DNA of 64,000 nt from Nitrospirota bacterium (GTDB taxonomy: Bacteria; Nitrospirota; Thermodesulfovibrionia; SZUA-242): contig JALUUO010000016.1 of the NCBI GenBank assembly GCA_027021335.1, forward strand, positions 1,776-65,775, given 5' to 3'. The notes under the pieces were generated by a model. That model had not been told where the DNA came from, did not search any database, and saw only the letters and a list, made by a program, of their open reading frames with translations. Every line of letters begins with the position of its first letter. The first letter of the stretch is position 1. Below are positions 59,933 to 64,000 of the stretch, one piece after another. A program made the translations under genes and the position numbers.

Positions 59933-61933
59933 ATGACACGACATTCAAAAATAGATCTGGTTATTTGCCGAGAGCTTCTCGTTCGGCCTGGGGGCTTTCG
60001 GCGAACAGGCCCAACAGTCAGAAAAGACGTTTCGTTTCTCATCTGTCTGGCCGTATTATTGTTTTTGTTTACCACGCCTGCGGTTGCTATCGATGGTCTT
60101 TCGGAAGAAGAACTGACAACACTGTCCATGTTCTATGATGAGAAAGACCTTGTGGTCACGCCCACCAGGGCGCCGAAGCCCATCTCGCAGGTTGCCGAAA
60201 ACATGACCATCATCACTGCCAAGGAAATAGAGCAGATGAACGCCCACACCGTGGCCGAAGTGCTTAACCGCGTCACAGGGGTGTTTGTGGATTTTAACGG
60301 CCAGGATTTCGGGAGCGCCTCTATGTTAAAGATTCAGGGTTCTAGCGAACAGCAAGTTCTTGTTCTGCTTGATGGTATACCCTGGAATTATTTTAATTCT
60401 GCTACTGCCGAGACAAACACTGTTCCCATACACGCTGTTGAACGCATAGAGATCATCAAGGGGCCGGCATCCTCGGCCTGGGGTTCATCCCTGGGTGGCG
60501 TAATAAATATCGTAACCAAATCGACAGGCAAGACAAAAAAACCAAAAGGCACTGTGAGCGCCTCGTACGGCGAGCAAAGCTCTATGGAGCAATTCGCTGA
60601 TCTATATGGAAAATCAGGCGCGGTCGGGTATTACCTGTATGCCGGAGGGCAGACGTCAAACGGTCTTAGGGACAATAGATATTTTGATAATTACAGCTTC
60701 TATTCCAAACTGAAAATAAATACAGGCAGCGATTCCGCTGTTACGCTTACAGCCGGCTACAGCGAGCCGCACCTGAAGTGGGGGGATTTCCCGGACAACG
60801 ATCTTACCTCGAGCGGCATCCTTCGCATATTCTTGACAACGGCATCTTTTGAGGCCGGCCTTACTGAGGGGCTTGATCTTTATGTGTCTCTTTACAGGTT
60901 CGAACAGAAATTTGTACAGATGAACGATGTGCTCGGCATGGGCATGTACGGCAATGCAGGGGATCTTTTCATGGACAATATCTATGATGAGGAGACCACA
61001 GGCGTACGTAGCCGGCTGGTATGGAGAAAGGGAAGGCAGACCCTGGTTGTGGGCGTAGATTACAGGTACGGAAAACTGGACTATACATCCAATAACGGGC
61101 CCTGGCTTCAACAGGGAGGTGGCCTGCCGGCCGCTTCCACGGCAACACCGGACCTGGAGGAATGGGCTGTATATGCAAACGATTCCATAGCCGTTGGTAA
61201 ATGGTCGGTTACTCCGGGAATCCGCCACGACCACAACAACATAAGCGGCCCTTTTACAAGCCCGAGCCTCGGCATAACATACAGGCTTTCGCCTGACACC
61301 ATCCTTCGCACCTCGGCAGCCCGCGGATTCACATCACCTTCACTTGCCCAAACATCCACAGGAGGGTTATGGCTTAATCCAAACCCTGATCTTGACCCTG
61401 AAATGGTCTGGTCTTACCAGGCCGGGGTCGAATCCGTGCTGGGCAAGCATCTCAAGGCAAAGGCCACGGCCTTCCAGCACGACCAGAAAGACAAACTGAC
61501 GGTCGATACAGACATTACGGTAAACGGCGGGAAGGTCAGGCGCCGGGGCGGCGAGGTAGAGGCTGAAACAGTGCCGGTTCTGAATATATCGTTCAAGGGC
61601 GGCTTTGCCTACGTAGACTCAAAGGACTTCACAACGTCAGAAACATCAAACAGATATACCTGGAACCTGGGGCTTGCCTACGACGATCTCCGATCGATCA
61701 GGGCAGAGATCTTCGGCCATTACGTCTGGTGGGACAAGAAAGCATCATTCGAGGCCGAATACAGCGATTTTCTCTGGGATCTAAATATTATTAAAAGACT
61801 AACAACCTTCTCCAGCATAAAAACCGAACTGTTTTTTACGGTCCGTAATATTCTAAATGGCGAGCAATACAGCGCTGCTTATGCCAAAAATCCAGAGAGA
61901 TGGATCGAGAGCGGCATCAGGGCCAGGTTCTGA
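59933..61933 (+). CDS. TonB-dependent outer-membrane receptor
   Basis: Signal peptide ...VSFLICLAVLLFLFTTPAVAIDG. Plug domain (...DLVVTPTRAPKPISQVAENMTIITAKEIEQ...), a 22-strand barrel region and a C-terminal aromatic (…GIRARF). The ORF-track start at 59831 lies inside the promoter, so ATG 59933 is preferred. Confidence 0.8.
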   Translation: MTRHSKIDLVICRELLVRPGGFRRTGPTVRKDVSFLICLAVLLFLFTTPAVAIDGLSEEELTTLSMFYDEKDLVVTPTRAPKPISQVAENMTIITAKEIEQMNAHTVAEVLNRVTGVFVDFNGQDFGSASMLKIQGSSEQQVLVLLDGIPWNYFNSATAETNTVPIHAVERIEIIKGPASSAWGSSLGGVINIVTKSTGKTKKPKGTVSASYGEQSSMEQFADLYGKSGAVGYYLYAGGQTSNGLRDNRYFDNYSFYSKLKINTGSDSAVTLTAGYSEPHLKWGDFPDNDLTSSGILRIFLTTASFEAGLTEGLDLYVSLYRFEQKFVQMNDVLGMGMYGNAGDLFMDNIYDEETTGVRSRLVWRKGRQTLVVGVDYRYGKLDYTSNNGPWLQQGGGLPAASTATPDLEEWAVYANDSIAVGKWSVTPGIRHDHNNISGPFTSPSLGITYRLSPDTILRTSAARGFTSPSLAQTSTGGLWLNPNPDLDPEMVWSYQAGVESVLGKHLKAKATAFQHDQKDKLTVDTDITVNGGKVRRRGGEVEAETVPVLNISFKGGFAYVDSKDFTTSETSNRYTWNLGLAYDDLRSIRAEIFGHYVWWDKKASFEAEYSDFLWDLNIIKRLTTFSSIKTELFFTVRNILNGEQYSAAYAKNPERWIESGIRARF

Positions 61934-62088
61934 AATCATGAGCCAACCTTGTGATTTTGCAGAACCTTTATGATATTTGTTTGTCGAGCTTACTAAAGTC
62001 TTCAATGTTAGTGACGATATGTAAGGTAAGACCCAAGCGGGCACCCTGTCTTTCGACAGGCTGATACTTTTATTTGAAGGAGGAAAAA

Positions 62089-62202
62089 GTGGAAGGAAAA
62101 AAGATTATCGTGCTTGACACCGGTATTGATATGGATGAGATAAGCTTGAGCTTCGGCTGCTGTTCTGGAGCAGTGTCGCCGTTAAAACCAGGCGACGATT
62201 AG
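62089..62202 (+). CDS. Small 37-aa peptide, candidate RiPP precursor: V/MEGKKIIVLDTGIDMDEISLSFGCCSGAVSPLKPGDD
   Basis: GTG start 5 nt after a strong AAGGAGG RBS (62077-62083). The ORF is 114 nt and is absent from the ORF track because it is under 60 aa. A perfect terminator hairpin follows it, then a radical SAM/SPASM gene. Confidence 0.55.
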   Translation: MEGKKIIVLDTGIDMDEISLSFGCCSGAVSPLKPGDD

Positions 62203-62209
62203 AAAACCA

Positions 62210-62240
62210 GCGGGGAGCTTTACGCTCCCCGCGTATTTCT
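62210..62240 (+). terminator. Rho-independent terminator/attenuator between the precursor peptide and the rSAM maturase
   Basis: GCGGGGAGC-TTTAC-GCTCCCCGC gives a perfect 9-bp GC-rich stem with a 5-nt loop, followed by GTATTTCT. Confidence 0.65.
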
Positions 62241-62259
62241 CTGAATTACGTTAAATTTT

Positions 62260-63561
62260 ATGCATTTATCCCGCTATTTAAAAATCTACCCATACGAAGA
62301 AAAGCCAGGCTACCTGCTTCTTTTCTCCACTAAAAAAACCTCCAAGGTTCTCATCACTGAAGAAACATACCGGGCCGCCAAGGCCGGTACGTTATCAGAT
62401 TCCGACCAGAAGCTTCTAATAAAGCTCGGCATGCTTGTGCCGGACAGAGATGTTGAAAAACAGGAAATGCTCGGTTTTGTGGATGAGCTTAACCGCAGAA
62501 ACACCAGCCTCAACATCACGGTTGTTTTAAACCTCGACTGCAACTTCGCCTGCCTCTATTGCTACGAGGGCGGCATAAAAGGCAAGCTTTACATGTCGGA
62601 TAAAACCGCTGATTCAGTTATAGACTTTATAAAAGCCAGGCTTACAAACGGTAAAAAATTTCTTAACATCGACTTCTACGGTGGTGAGCCGCTTCTTGCT
62701 GTTGATACTATTAAGAGGATAACCGGGACGCTGAAAAAACAGGCTGAAACCATTGGAGCATCCTTCAGCTTTACACTTGTGACAAACGGTTCCCTGCTTA
62801 CTCGCAATAGAGTTGAGGAGCTGGTTCCACTTGGCTTAAAAGGGGTAAAGATTACCCTGGACGGCCCGCCGGAAAACCATAACCGGTACAGGCCATTTAA
62901 GAGCGGTGCTGGAAGTTTTGACGTAATTATCCAAAATATAAAGGATTCTTGCGATATTCTTAAAATAGGTGTGGGCGGCAACTACGACAGAAATAATTAC
63001 GAACAATTCACCAACCTGCTTGATCTTCTTGAGGCCGAAGGTCTCACGCCTGACCGGCTTGCCAGTGTGAAGTTCGATCCGGTAATGAAACACCCTGAAG
63101 GGGAAGAAGCTCCAAGCGACTACCGTGACGGCTGTATGTCGGTTAACGAACTTTGGATTACAGAGGCAGAAAAACTGCTGCGCGGTGCAATAATCAAAAA
63201 AGGCTACAATACTTCTTCGCAGAGGCCATCGCCATGCCAAATAGAGTTTGGTGAGATGCATGTGATCAACTTTGACGGCAGATTGTATAAATGCCCGGCC
63301 TTTATCGGCAAGGAAGGATTTGATCTGGGCGATATAAAAACAGGCATGGCCGGCGACATAAACAGCGTATACAGGCCCGGCATATGGAAAAACGAGGAGA
63401 AATGTTTTGACTGTGAATACCTGCCCTTATGCTTTGGCGGCTGCCGATACATGGCTTATCTTCAAAATGGAAGCCTGGACAAACTCGACTGTAAGAAGGA
63501 GTATCTCGACCGCTCCCTGGAGATCTCGATAAAACAGGATATTTTAAACAGTCCAGGTTGA
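62260..63561 (+). CDS. Radical SAM / SPASM-domain peptide-modifying enzyme (anSME-like maturase) with a putative N-terminal peptide-recognition domain
   Basis: CX3CX2C radical SAM motif CNFACLYC. GGEPLL motif. C-terminal SPASM Cys cluster C...CPAF...CFDCEYLPLCFGGC. An N-terminal extension of about 85 aa precedes the rSAM core. Confidence 0.8.
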   Translation: MHLSRYLKIYPYEEKPGYLLLFSTKKTSKVLITEETYRAAKAGTLSDSDQKLLIKLGMLVPDRDVEKQEMLGFVDELNRRNTSLNITVVLNLDCNFACLYCYEGGIKGKLYMSDKTADSVIDFIKARLTNGKKFLNIDFYGGEPLLAVDTIKRITGTLKKQAETIGASFSFTLVTNGSLLTRNRVEELVPLGLKGVKITLDGPPENHNRYRPFKSGAGSFDVIIQNIKDSCDILKIGVGGNYDRNNYEQFTNLLDLLEAEGLTPDRLASVKFDPVMKHPEGEEAPSDYRDGCMSVNELWITEAEKLLRGAIIKKGYNTSSQRPSPCQIEFGEMHVINFDGRLYKCPAFIGKEGFDLGDIKTGMAGDINSVYRPGIWKNEEKCFDCEYLPLCFGGCRYMAYLQNGSLDKLDCKKEYLDRSLEISIKQDILNSPG

Positions 63562-63616
63562 TCTTTTTTCCTGCCTTTGAACTGTTTTTTCCACTTAAAG
63601 AAAAATATATTTATGT

Positions 63617-64000
63617 TTACGACCTCTCTACTGGAAGGAATATTTTTACTCCCCTGGGAAGTTTTTTAAAATCCTTGATTTTATCTCCTGTTTTTAATGT
63701 TTTATTCGGAAACAGGTAAACCGTTTTATGGTGGTTGTACCTAGTCCCTGCAACTTTACCGGGAGGCTTTCTTTTTGTAATCCTGTAGGGACCGTGATAT
63801 CCGACTATTATCCTGGTATGCATGGGCAGTTCATCCCAGTCGGAGATACGCCTGCCACTTTTTATTTTGCCATCCGGGAAAAAGTAGAACGTGGTCTTTT
63901 TTTTATACTCGGCACCGGCAAAAGTCCAGGCTGTCAGTCCATTTGTTATTGTCTTAACAGGTCCTTCGGATAGCTTAATGTTTGACTTACGTTCCTGGTT
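63617..64000 (-). CDS. 3' part of a hypothetical protein whose gene continues past the window end
   Basis: The open minus-strand frame runs from the window end to a stop at 63617 (…ITKRKPPGKVAGTRYNHHKTVYLFPNKTLKTGDKIKDFKKLPRGVKIFLPVERS*). It contains the 68-aa ORF-track entry. Confidence 0.4.
   Translation of the reverse strand, partial: NQERKSNIKLSEGPVKTITNGLTAWTFAGAEYKKKTTFYFFPDGKIKSGRRISDWDELPMHTRIIVGYHGPYRITKRKPPGKVAGTRYNHHKTVYLFPNKTLKTGDKIKDFKKLPRGVKIFLPVERS

Noticed and set aside
63728-63973. 81-aa plus-strand ORF at the window end
   Set aside because: It overlaps a longer open minus-strand frame that runs off the window, and it has no RBS.
1-64000. CRISPR arrays, transposases and prophage genes
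   Set aside because: I saw no short regularly spaced repeats and no transposase, integrase or phage structural proteins. The repeats present are intragenic coding repeats.

Overview
This reads as a chromosomal window from an anaerobic, cytochrome-rich bacterium, probably a Desulfobacterota/Geobacter-like deltaproteobacterium. That assignment is an inference from gene content: many multiheme c-type cytochromes, a Qrc/ACIII-like complex, sigma-54 regulators and a tol-pal cluster.

- **Cytochrome/NHL operon (minus strand, about 1-13700).** A tetraheme cytochrome is followed by an NHL beta-propeller lipoprotein, a pentaheme cytochrome lipoprotein, a 656-aa beta-rich putative outer-membrane protein, a second NHL lipoprotein and an 11-12-heme cytochrome. 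These are followed by a 15-heme cytochrome fused to MopE-like metal-binding repeats and a tandem paralog whose 5' 960 bp is an exact duplicate. A further roughly 15-heme cytochrome sits upstream.
- **Regulation of that operon.** It is preceded by a sigma-54 -24/-12 promoter candidate and a 14-bp perfect inverted repeat about 130 bp upstream. It is flanked by a receiver protein, an NtrC-family sigma-54 activator, a PilZ protein and a sensor kinase whose periplasmic domain carries a CxxCH heme motif.
- **About 17-27 kb.** More cytochromes, a cNMP-binding protein, and a Qrc/ACIII-like respiratory complex: pentaheme cytochrome, Tat molybdopterin subunit, FeS subunit, NrfD membrane subunit and a four-domain cytochrome c.
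- **About 27-40 kb.** Housekeeping genes: argH, moaC, tolQRAB-pal-ybgF, purF, an isoprenoid synthase, mtnA and cutA.
- **About 40-56 kb.** A hybrid kinase, a 1296-aa secreted RCC1-repeat protein with internal 150-bp tandem repeats, and a low-GC (about 30%) galE-glf-GT2 island. These are followed by cmk-ispH-rpsA-sppA-ihfB-hsp20.
- **3' end.** A patatin phospholipase, a hybrid kinase truncated at its C-terminus, and a TonB-dependent receptor. Downstream lies an unannotated 37-aa GTG-initiated peptide (…SLSFGCCSGAV…) with a strong RBS and a perfect terminator/attenuator hairpin. A radical-SAM/SPASM maturase follows directly. This looks like a candidate undescribed RiPP locus and is the most novel feature in the window.
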